64,000 nt of DNA from an uncultured Acidobacteriota bacterium. Its GTDB lineage: Bacteria; Acidobacteriota; Thermoanaerobaculia; Multivoradales; SZUA-115. Location: contig CAWDVR010000005.1 of assembly GCA_963805975.1 (NCBI GenBank), positions 480,001 to 544,000 of the forward strand. The letters are read 5' to 3'. This document shows positions 22,971 to 31,127 of this stretch, piece by piece. Position 1 is the stretch's first letter. Every line of letters starts with the position of its first letter. The notes below the pieces were generated by a model, which searched no databases, was not told the DNA's origin, and saw nothing but the letters and a program-made list of their open reading frames with translations. A program made the position numbers and the translations under genes.

Positions 22971-24225
22971 TGGTTCCCTCGGCGGGCGGAATTGTACGTG
23001 GGGCCCGGCCGGTCACGCCCTCCTCTTCGAGCGCCCGTATCTCCTCCTCACTCATTCCCAGCATTCCCACGAGCACCTCGCGGTTGTGCGCGCCGACCTC
23101 CGGCCCGGGCCAGTCGGTGCGGCCGGGCGTGCTGCCGAGCTTGGGGGCGAGGGCCGGCAGCTTGAGGGGCCGGCCGCCGACCTCGACCTCCTCGAACAGC
23201 TCGCGGGCCTGGTAGTGCGGGTCGGAGGCCATGTCGGCGACGCTCATCACCGGCCCGGCCGGCACTTGCGCCTCGGCGAGCCGCGCCAGTGCCTCCTCGG
23301 CCGTCAGGCTCGCGCACCAGCCGGCCAGCACCTCGTCGATCTCGCGCTCGTGCTCCACACGGCCGGCGTTGGTGGCAAGGCGCAGCTCACCGGCGAGCTC
23401 CGGCCGGCCGACGGCCTGCATCAGGCGCCGGAAGATGGAGTCGCCGCTGCCGCCGATGACGATCGAGCGGCCGTCACGGGCGCGGTAGAGGTTGGTGGCG
23501 GAGATGCCGGAGATGGTGGTGCCCGAGGGCCCGCGCACCACACCGCAGCGGTCGTGCTCCGGCACCGCGCCCTCCATCATGTTGTAGACCGCCTCGAAGA
23601 TGCCGAGGTCGATGGTCTGGCCGCGGCCGGCCAGCGTGCGGTCACGGGCGAGGAGCGCGAGCAGAATGCCGAGCGCCGCGTGCACGCCGGCCAGCGAGTC
23701 GCCGAGCGAGAGGTTCGAGCGCACCGGCGGCTCGCCCGGCATGCCGGTCACGTGGCGCAGGCCGCCGAACGCCTCGCACACCGACGCGAAGCCAGGCTCG
23801 GCGGACCTGGGCCCGGTCTGGCCGTAGCCCGAGACGCGCGCGACGATCAGCCTTGGGTTCTCTTGCTGAAGCGACTCCGACGCGAGCCCCCACGCCTCGA
23901 GCGTGCCGGGACGGAAGTTCTCGATCAGCACGTCCACCTCGCGCGCCAGGCGCCGCGCGATCTCGCGCCCGCGCTCCTGCCGCAGGTCGAGGGTGATGCA
24001 CTTCTTGTTGCGGCCCAGGCTCCGCCACCAGAGCGAGGTGCCGTCCTCGTCGAGGATCCGCCAGCCCCGCACCGGATCGCCCTGGCCCGGCGGCTCGACC
24101 TTGATCACCTCGGCGCCGAAGTAGGCGAGCAACGTCCCCGCGAACGGCCCGGCCATCAACTGGCCGAGCTCGAGGACGCGGATGCCGTCGAGCGGGCGGG
24201 GGGAGGGAGCAGAAGGCTCCGGCAC
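22960..24225 (-). CDS. CaiB/BaiF class III CoA-transferase
   Basis: PLDGIRVLELGQ..AGPF, FGAEVIKVEPP, RNKK.ITLDLR, DVLIENFRPG, SGYGQTGP. Confidence 0.93.
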   Translation of the reverse strand: MPEPSAPSPRPLDGIRVLELGQLMAGPFAGTLLAYFGAEVIKVEPPGQGDPVRGWRILDEDGTSLWWRSLGRNKKCITLDLRQERGREIARRLAREVDVLIENFRPGTLEAWGLASESLQQENPRLIVARVSGYGQTGPRSAEPGFASVCEAFGGLRHVTGMPGEPPVRSNLSLGDSLAGVHAALGILLALLARDRTLAGRGQTIDLGIFEAVYNMMEGAVPEHDRCGVVRGPSGTTISGISATNLYRARDGRSIVIGGSGDSIFRRLMQAVGRPELAGELRLATNAGRVEHEREIDEVLAGWCASLTAEEALARLAEAQVPAGPVMSVADMASDPHYQARELFEEVEVGGRPLKLPALAPKLGSTPGRTDWPGPEVGAHNREVLVGMLGMSEEEIRALEEEGVTGRAPRTIPPAEGTNAR

Positions 24226-24307
24226 GGGGCGGACAGTATCAGTGGGAGAGGGCACTGTCGGCCTCGCGCTCTCCGTTCCCGGTGTGCTGGAACGGCTGCC
24301 TCGAGCA

Positions 24308-24334
24308 TGTCATCCTGAGCGCAGCGAAGGATCT
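24308..24334 (+). repeat. REP-like 27-bp repeat TGTCATCCTGAGCGCAGCGAAGGATCT (left copy)
   Basis: 26/27 identical to the reverse complement of 24865-24891. Confidence 0.85.
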
Positions 24335-24361
24335 GCAGGAGACATTGAGGGAGGATCGACG

Positions 24362-24856
24362 ATGCGCTCGAAGCTCTGCCGCCGGCTCTTCACCGGCTCG
24401 TTGGTTTGGCTGTTGGCCGCGCCAACCTTGTCCGACGAGCCTGCCGCCATCGACCGCCTCCGCTGGCTCGCCGGCTGCTGGGAGCAGAAAGAGGGCGATC
24501 GATCCGCCGTCGAGCACTGGTTCGCCCCCGCGGGCGGCGCGATGATCGGCGGCAGCCACACGGTCGCGGGTGGCCGGATGGTCACCTACGAGTTTCTGCG
24601 CATCGTGGAGAGGGAAGGAAAGCTCGCCTACATCTCCATTCCCGCCGGCCAGGTCGAGACCGTGTTCGCGCTGGTGGAGCAGACCGACACCTCCGCCCTC
24701 TTCGCCAACCCGGAGCACGACTTTCCGCAGCGCGTTCGCTACCGGCTGGTGAACGAGAGCTCTCTGGAGGCGCAGATCGAAGGCGGCGAAGGAGCGGCGG
24801 AGAAGATCATCCGCTTTCCCATGCGCCGGGTGAGCTGCGAGCCGCTGATGCGCTGA
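24362..24856 (+). CDS. Exported DUF6265-like beta protein
   Basis: Signal peptide followed by L.WLAGCW, EHW..P.GG.M.G, YEFLRI, F.NPEHDFPQRV.Y. GAGG precedes the ATG. Confidence 0.8.
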   Translation: MRSKLCRRLFTGSLVWLLAAPTLSDEPAAIDRLRWLAGCWEQKEGDRSAVEHWFAPAGGAMIGGSHTVAGGRMVTYEFLRIVEREGKLAYISIPAGQVETVFALVEQTDTSALFANPEHDFPQRVRYRLVNESSLEAQIEGGEGAAEKIIRFPMRRVSCEPLMR

Positions 24857-24864
24857 GGCCCGAG

Positions 24865-24891
24865 AGATCCTTCGCTTCGCTCAGGATGACA
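24865..24891 (-). repeat. REP-like 27-bp repeat (right, inverted copy)
   Basis: AGATCCTTCGCTTCGCTCAGGATGACA, the inverted partner of 24308-24334. Confidence 0.85.
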
Positions 24892-24916
24892 GTGACGCGC
24901 AGCACGGCGGGTGGCG

Positions 24917-26047
24917 TCAGCTCGCCACCGCCAGCCTTGTCGCCGGGGACTGTTCCATTGCCGCCAGATACTCGCGGTCGAAGGCGGCGAGCTGGCTCTC
25001 GAGGTCCGAGTACGGACCCGGCACGTAAGCCGGCGAGGAGACGCCGAGCTGGGTGTTGGCGCAGAGCTCCCAGTCCTGCCGGTTGGTGAGGTCCCAGAAC
25101 TCGATGGCCGGGGCCGGGTCGAAGCCCGGCGCCGCGGCGGCCTCGGGGTGGAAGTACCAGTCGCAGACGATGCGGGTGCGGGTCGTGGCCAGGGCCAGGG
25201 CGCGGTGCACCAGCACGTAGTCCGGGTGGTAAGAGAGGAAGGCGCTGGGAAATACCGTGTAGTAGTAGATCCGTCCCAAGTCTTCGCCGGACAGCCCGGC
25301 GAGAGGCGGCGCGCAGCGGGCTCCGCCCATGCTCATGCTGCCTCCGCCCTCGGCGAGCGTCATCGGCCCTCCCAGGAGCGGCCCCTGGTCGAGGTCGTTG
25401 GTCGAGTTGCGGTAGGGCGTGAGCTTGTTGAGGTGCGGGTGGACCGAAGGGCAGTGGTAGCACTCGCTGTAGTTGTGGAAAAAAAGCTTCCAGTTGGCCT
25501 CGACCTCGTAGACGTTCCGGTGCACTGAGACGAGGTCGGCGAGCCCCCAGCGGCTGAACTTGCCGGGCAGGTCGGGTAGCGAGGACGCGAACGGCTCGGG
25601 GCTCGCCGCGAGGTTCACGAACAGCAGGCCATCGCACTCGGCGAAGTGCGCCGGCAACAGCCCATGGTCGGCCTTGTCGAAGCCCGCGACCTCGGCCATG
25701 TGGGGCGCTCCCAGGAGGCTGCCGTCGAGACCGTAGCTCCAGGCGTGGTACGGGCACTGGATGCCACGCCCCAGCTCGCCCGCCGTCTCGGCGCACAGCC
25801 GGCTGCCACGGTGGCGGCAGACGTTGTGGAAGGCGCGGATCTCGCCCGCCGCGTCGCGCAGCAGGATGACGCTCGCGTGATCCAGCTCGAAGAGGAAGTA
25901 GCTGCCGGGTGTGGCGAGCTGCGAGACGTGGCCGGCGGCGAGCCAGCGCCGGCGGAAGATACGCTCCCGCTCCTTGCGAAAGATCTCCTCGCTGGTGAAG
26001 TACTCGCCTGCCAGGGTGTGTTGGCCGAACGCGGTCCTGGTCTTCAT
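24917..26047 (-). CDS. Rieske non-heme iron oxygenase alpha subunit (choline/glycine-betaine monooxygenase-like)
   Basis: Rieske ligands CRHRG...CPYHAW; mononuclear Fe motif NWK..NYSECYHCPSVH; TNRQDWELC. Confidence 0.9.
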   Translation of the reverse strand: MKTRTAFGQHTLAGEYFTSEEIFRKERERIFRRRWLAAGHVSQLATPGSYFLFELDHASVILLRDAAGEIRAFHNVCRHRGSRLCAETAGELGRGIQCPYHAWSYGLDGSLLGAPHMAEVAGFDKADHGLLPAHFAECDGLLFVNLAASPEPFASSLPDLPGKFSRWGLADLVSVHRNVYEVEANWKLFFHNYSECYHCPSVHPHLNKLTPYRNSTNDLDQGPLLGGPMTLAEGGGSMSMGGARCAPPLAGLSGEDLGRIYYYTVFPSAFLSYHPDYVLVHRALALATTRTRIVCDWYFHPEAAAAPGFDPAPAIEFWDLTNRQDWELCANTQLGVSSPAYVPGPYSDLESQLAAFDREYLAAMEQSPATRLAVAS

Positions 26048-26115
26048 GGTGGGGCAGAATTCTACCAGCAGCGATGCTAAGCTCCCGCCGCTCAATTCAG
26101 GCCCACCCCAAGACC

Positions 26116-27306
26116 ATGCCGATCCCGTCGCCGTTCCATCCGCGCACAGCACCCCTCTGCACCAGCTTCCGCTGGAAGGACTGGGCCGGCTACTGCGCCG
26201 TCTCGAGCTACGACACCACGCACGAGCGCGAGTACTTCGCCTTCCGCGAGTCCGCCGGCCTGCTCGACGTGACGCCGCTCTTCAAGTACGAGGTCTACGG
26301 GCCGGACGCCGCGGCGCTCCTCTCGCGCATGATGGTGCGTGACGTGACGAAGCTCAAGGTGGGCCGGGTGACCTACACCTGCTGGTGCGACGACTTCGGC
26401 AAGGTGATCGACGACGGCACAGTTTCCCGTCTCGACGAAGACTATTTCCGCGTCACCGCGGCCGATCCCTCGCTGCACTGGCTCCAGGCCGTGGGCCACG
26501 GCTTTCGCGCCACGGTGGAGGACTCGAGCGCCCGCCTGGCGGCGGTGGCGCTGCAGGGCCCCACGTCGCGCGCGGTGCTCAAGGCGGCGAGCGACGCCGA
26601 CCTCGACGGGCTCAAGTTCTTCGGCGTGACGCGGGCGCGGATCGACGACCTCGAGGTGTGGATCTCCCGCACCGGCTACACCGGCGACCTGGGCTACGAG
26701 GTGTGGGTGGAGAACGGCGGTGCGCTGGCCCTGTGGGACGCGCTGATGGCCGCCGGCAAACCGTACGGCATCGAGCCCGCGGGCCTCGACGCGCTCGACG
26801 TCTCACGGGTCGAGGCCGGCTTCATCCTGCTCGGCGTGGACTACTTCAGCGCCCCGAAAGTAGTGCTCGAGTCCCGCAAGTCGACGCCCTTCGAGCTGGG
26901 GCTCGACTGGACCGTCGCGCTGGACCACGAGCCGTTCATCGGCCGCGACGCGCTCCTCGCCGAGAAGCAGCGCGGCCCGGAGTGGAAGCTCGCCGGGCTC
27001 GAGGTCTCCTGGGAGGCGCTCGAAGCACTCTACGAGAGCTTCGGCCTGCCGCCGTCGCTACCACTCCAGGCGCGGCGCGACGGCCTGCCGGTCTACCTCG
27101 GCGGCAAGCAGGTGGGCAAGGCCACGAGCCATACCTGGTCGCCGATCCTCAAGAAGTACGTGGTGCTCGCCTCGGTGCTCGCGCCGCACGCCGGCCTCGG
27201 CACGCGGCTCGAGCTCGAGCACACGGTGGAATTCGAGCGCCGGCGGGTGCCGGCCACCGTGGTCGAGACGCCGTTTTTCAATCCCGAGCGGAAGCGGAAG
27301 CCCTGA
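26116..27306 (+). CDS. GcvT-family tetrahydrofolate-dependent aminomethyltransferase/demethylase
   Basis: LLDVTPLFKY, G.VIDDGT, ALQGP.SR, SRTGYTGDLGYE, RVEAG, FIGR.AL. Confidence 0.9.
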   Translation: MPIPSPFHPRTAPLCTSFRWKDWAGYCAVSSYDTTHEREYFAFRESAGLLDVTPLFKYEVYGPDAAALLSRMMVRDVTKLKVGRVTYTCWCDDFGKVIDDGTVSRLDEDYFRVTAADPSLHWLQAVGHGFRATVEDSSARLAAVALQGPTSRAVLKAASDADLDGLKFFGVTRARIDDLEVWISRTGYTGDLGYEVWVENGGALALWDALMAAGKPYGIEPAGLDALDVSRVEAGFILLGVDYFSAPKVVLESRKSTPFELGLDWTVALDHEPFIGRDALLAEKQRGPEWKLAGLEVSWEALEALYESFGLPPSLPLQARRDGLPVYLGGKQVGKATSHTWSPILKKYVVLASVLAPHAGLGTRLELEHTVEFERRRVPATVVETPFFNPERKRKP

Positions 27307-28895
27307 TGACGAAGACTTACGATGCGATCGTGGTCGGCGCCGGGCACAACGGCCTGGTGTGCGCCGCCTACCTCGCGAAGGCTGGGCGCAAGGTGCTGGT
27401 GCTCGAACGGCGGGCCACGGTCGGCGGGGCCACCACCACCGAGGAGATCCACCCCGGCTTCAAGTACTCCTGCTGCTCGTACGTGGTCTCGCTGCTGCGG
27501 CCGTGGATCATCCGCGACCTCGAGCTGCCGAAGCACGGCTACGAGATCCTGCCGCTCGACTCCACGTTCACGCCTTTCCCGGACGGCCGCTATCTCCTGC
27601 GCGACAGCGACCCCGAGCGCACGCGCCGCGCCATCGCCCAGTTCTCGCCGCGCGACGCCGAGGTCTACAAGCAGTTCGGGCAGGCGATGGCCGAGCTGGG
27701 CCGCCTGGTGAAGCCGCTGATCGACGAGCCGGCGCCCGACCCCACCTCGCTCAACCCCCGCGAGCTGGCGCGCATCGCGAAGCTCGCCCGAGGGGTCAGC
27801 GGGCAAGGCGAGAAGTGGCTGGTCGCCAACGTCAAGATGCTCACCATGAGCGCGGTGGACTTCCTCTCCGAGTGGTTCGAGTGCGAAGAGCTCATCGCGC
27901 CGATGGCGGTCTCCGGCATCATCGGTACTTTCCTCGGCATCCGCTCGCCCGGCACCGCCTACGTGCTGCTCCACCACTACATGGGCGAGATCGACGGCTC
28001 CTACCGCGCCTGGGGCCTGCCCAAGGGCGGCACGGGCTCGATCGCCTACGCGATCGCCAGCGCCGCCCGCGGCCTGGGGGTCGAGATCCGCACCGGCTCT
28101 CCCGTGGCACAGATCCTGGTGGAAGGCGGCAAGGCTTCCGGCGTGGTGCTCGAGAACGGCGACGAGATCCGCGCCCGGGCCGTGGTCTCCGGCGCCGACC
28201 CGCACCGCACCTTCCTCGGCCTGGTGGGCGACCGGCACCTCGAGCCCGAGTTCGCGCGCCAGGTGCGGCGCTTCAAGATGCGCGGCTCCTCCGGCAAGGT
28301 GAACCTCGCGCTCGACGGCCTGCCCGACTTCTCCTGCCTGCCCGGCGAAGGCCCGCATTTGAAGGGCGACATCACCATCGCGCCCTCGATCGACTATCTC
28401 GAGCGCGCCTACGACGACGCCAAGTACGGCCGCTTCTCCACGCGGCCCTTCATGGACATCGTGATCCCGTCGCTCACCGACCCGACGGTCGCCCCGCCGG
28501 GCAAGCACGTGATGTCGATCTTCGTGCAGTACGCGCCCTACCACCTGAAGGAAGGGGCCGCGAGCTGGCCAGAGCACCGCGAGGCGTTCGGCGACGCGGT
28601 GATCGACACGCTCTCCGAGTACGTCCCGAACCTGAAGAGCCTGATCCTCCACCGCCAGGTGCTGACCCCCTGGGACCTGGAGCAGATCTACGGCCTCACC
28701 GAGGGCAACATCTTCCACGGTGAGCTGTCGCTCGAGCAGCTAGCCTTCCTGCGTCCGGTGGCCGGCTGGAGCCGCTACAAGACGCCGATCCACGACCTCT
28801 GGATGTGCGCCTCCGGCACCCACCCCGGCGGCGGCATCATGGGTGCTCCGGGAGCGCTCTGCGCGCGCACCATGCTCCACTCGCGGGCCGTATGA
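27306..28895 (+). CDS. Phytoene-dehydrogenase-like (COG1233) FAD-dependent oxidoreductase 1
   Basis: YDAIVVGAGHNGL..AAYLA, PGTAYVLLHH, P..APPGKH, GNIFHGEL, GTHPGGGIMG. Confidence 0.9.
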   Translation: MTKTYDAIVVGAGHNGLVCAAYLAKAGRKVLVLERRATVGGATTTEEIHPGFKYSCCSYVVSLLRPWIIRDLELPKHGYEILPLDSTFTPFPDGRYLLRDSDPERTRRAIAQFSPRDAEVYKQFGQAMAELGRLVKPLIDEPAPDPTSLNPRELARIAKLARGVSGQGEKWLVANVKMLTMSAVDFLSEWFECEELIAPMAVSGIIGTFLGIRSPGTAYVLLHHYMGEIDGSYRAWGLPKGGTGSIAYAIASAARGLGVEIRTGSPVAQILVEGGKASGVVLENGDEIRARAVVSGADPHRTFLGLVGDRHLEPEFARQVRRFKMRGSSGKVNLALDGLPDFSCLPGEGPHLKGDITIAPSIDYLERAYDDAKYGRFSTRPFMDIVIPSLTDPTVAPPGKHVMSIFVQYAPYHLKEGAASWPEHREAFGDAVIDTLSEYVPNLKSLILHRQVLTPWDLEQIYGLTEGNIFHGELSLEQLAFLRPVAGWSRYKTPIHDLWMCASGTHPGGGIMGAPGALCARTMLHSRAV

Positions 28896-28905
28896 GGACG
28901 ATGCC

Positions 28906-30441
28906 ATGAGCTTCGACGTCATCGTCCTCGGCGGCGGGCAGAACGGCCTGGCCGCTGCGGCGCGCCTCGCCGGTGCCGGCCGGCGCGTGCTGATCGTCGA
29001 GCAACGCGCGGCCGTCGGCGGCTTGTGCGCGGCGGAGGAGCTCCACCCCGGCTACACGGTGCCCGGCGTGCTGCACGACGAAGGGCTGCTCTCGCCGGAG
29101 ATCGCCAGGCGGCTCGGTCTCGAGCGCCACGGCCTGGCCTTCGAGGAAGCGCCGCCCGTCTATCTCGCGGAGACCGGCGGACCGGGCATCCTGCTGCACC
29201 GGGACCCGCGGGCCGCGCACGACGAGCTGGCCGTGCGCTCACCGCGCGACGCCGCGGCCTATGTGCGTTATCGCGCTTTCCTCGGCCGGGTGACGCCGCT
29301 CCTCGCCGGCGTGCTCGCCGCTCCGCCGCCGCCGCTCACGCCCACCGCGGGCGACTTCCTGCGCCTGGCGCGCCATGGGCTCGCGGCGTGGAAGCTCGGG
29401 CGCAAGGAGACGACCGAGCTGGCGCGAGTGGCGCCCATGTGCGTGGCCGACTTCCTCAACGAGCAGTTCGAGACGCCGCTCCTGGTCGAGGGTCTGGCCG
29501 CCCCGGCCGTGGCCTCCACCTTCGCGGGCCCATGGTCCTCCGGCACCACCACCAACCTCCTGCTCCACGAGTGCGGCCCCGGCACCGCGATCCGCGGCGG
29601 CCCGCCGGCCCTCGTCGCAGCGTTGCTGGCCGCGGCGAAGGCGGCCGGCGCCGAGGTGCGCACCGGGGCACGGGTCGCGCGGATCCGCATCGTGGGGGGG
29701 CGCGTCACCGGCGTGGAGCTGGCGACCGGCGAGGTCATCGAGGCCGCGGCGGTGGTCGCCACCTGCGACCCCAAGCAGGCCTTCCTGAAGCTCACCGCGC
29801 CCGGCGTGCTGCCGCTCACCATCGAAGAGGAGCTGCGTCGCGTGCGCAGCCGTGGGACCGCGGCAAAGGTCCATCTGGCGCTCTCCGGGCCGCTGGATCT
29901 GGGGCGCCCCGGCGAGCATTTCGCGGCGATCCGCATCGGCGGCGGCCACGTGGACGAGCTGGAGCGCGCCTTCGACGCGGTGAAGTACCGCCGGTTCTCC
30001 GCCCGCCCGCACCTCGAGATCCGGGTGCCCACCGTCACACAGCCAGAGCTGGCACCGGCCGGTCATCACGTGGTGTCGATCCTGGTGAGCTTCGCGCCCT
30101 ACGAGCTCGAGGGCGGTTGGAACGAGGCGCAGCGCCAGGCCCTGGCAGAAGCCGTGCTCGGAGTCCTGGAGCAGCACGCGCCGGGGGTGCGGCAGAAGAT
30201 CGTGGCGCGGCAAGTGCTGACGCCTGCCGACCTCGAAGAGCGCTACGCCCTGACCGGCGGCCACCTCCACCACGCCGAGCGGGCGCTGGACCAGCTAATC
30301 GTCCTGCGCCCCACGGCCTCCACGGCACGCTACAAGACCGCGGTGCCCGGCCTCTTCCTCGGCGGCAGCGGCAGCCACCCCGGCGGCGGTGTCAACCCCA
30401 CCCCGGGCCTGCTGGCGGCGGAGGCGGTGCTGGCGGGGTAG
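28906..30441 (+). CDS. Phytoene-dehydrogenase-like FAD-dependent oxidoreductase 2 (divergent paralog)
   Basis: DVIVLGGGQNGL, LAPAGHHV, LTPADLE.RY.LTGGH, GSHPGGG. Confidence 0.88.
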   Translation: MSFDVIVLGGGQNGLAAAARLAGAGRRVLIVEQRAAVGGLCAAEELHPGYTVPGVLHDEGLLSPEIARRLGLERHGLAFEEAPPVYLAETGGPGILLHRDPRAAHDELAVRSPRDAAAYVRYRAFLGRVTPLLAGVLAAPPPPLTPTAGDFLRLARHGLAAWKLGRKETTELARVAPMCVADFLNEQFETPLLVEGLAAPAVASTFAGPWSSGTTTNLLLHECGPGTAIRGGPPALVAALLAAAKAAGAEVRTGARVARIRIVGGRVTGVELATGEVIEAAAVVATCDPKQAFLKLTAPGVLPLTIEEELRRVRSRGTAAKVHLALSGPLDLGRPGEHFAAIRIGGGHVDELERAFDAVKYRRFSARPHLEIRVPTVTQPELAPAGHHVVSILVSFAPYELEGGWNEAQRQALAEAVLGVLEQHAPGVRQKIVARQVLTPADLEERYALTGGHLHHAERALDQLIVLRPTASTARYKTAVPGLFLGGSGSHPGGGVNPTPGLLAAEAVLAG

Positions 30442-30456
30442 AAGGCGAGATGCGGC

Positions 30457-30771
30457 TCAGCGCACGTCGAGCGCCGCCTTCAGGGCTAGGTTCAGCTCCT
30501 CGATCTTCTGAGCGTCACAAGCACCCATCAGGCGTTTCAGGCGCTGCCGCGGGATCGTCAGGATGTTGTCGAGGTTGGCAACGCATCGAGCAGGTAAGCC
30601 TTGCTGTCGACCGAGCACAACCTCGGTAGAAAGCTCGCGCACAGTTCGAGTTACTAGGCAGACAACGATCGAGGCAATTGACGGAAGAACCGCATCTCGA
30701 GTGAGAATCACAACCGGTCGGCTACCGGCCGGCGCCGGGAGGTCCGCCCACCAGACCTCTCCGCGTCTCAC
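30457..30771 (-). CDS. mazF: PemK/MazF-family toxin
   Basis: RRGEVWWADL..AGSRPVVILTRD, R.L.TEV.L, ANLDNI.TI. GTG start overlaps the antitoxin TGA. Confidence 0.9.
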   Translation of the reverse strand: MRRGEVWWADLPAPAGSRPVVILTRDAVLPSIASIVVCLVTRTVRELSTEVVLGRQQGLPARCVANLDNILTIPRQRLKRLMGACDAQKIEELNLALKAALDVR

Positions 30772-31059
30772 TCGCGGCCATCCCTCCATTCGGGGAGACC
30801 GGAAAGCTCACCGAGCAGCGCAACCTGGGTCTCTGCAACCGCCGCGGTGTCCAGGTCGGAGACAGCTTCGGCTTCGAGGTAATGCCGCACGGCCTCTTCC
30901 AAAAGGGCGCTGATCTCTCGCCTCTGCCTCAGGGCGAGGTTGCGGAGCTCGTCGCCAACCGCGGCTGCGAGGCTAGCAAAAGGCGAGGACCAGCCATCCA
31001 AGGGACTCTCGCTCGCCTAGGCGAGTTGAGCTCGTGGAACGCGACAGTTCAACAGTCAT
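30768..31059 (-). pseudogene. RHH antitoxin apparently interrupted near its N-terminus (may be expressed truncated from TTG 31001)
   Basis: ATG at 31059 gives MTVELS. The RHH helices (AAVGDELRNLALRQRREISALLEEAVRHYLE) lie in another frame about 73 nt further on. Confidence 0.55.
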
Positions 31060-31127
31060 AGGTGCAGCCTACCGGACCCCGGCAGGCGCTGCAATGTGTC
31101 GAGTGCGGACAGGCAGACACATCGGTC

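Noticed and set aside
27306-30441. Carotenoid biosynthesis (crtI/crtO)
   Set aside because: No crtB/crtE/crtY nearby; coupling to a GcvT-like gene points elsewhere.
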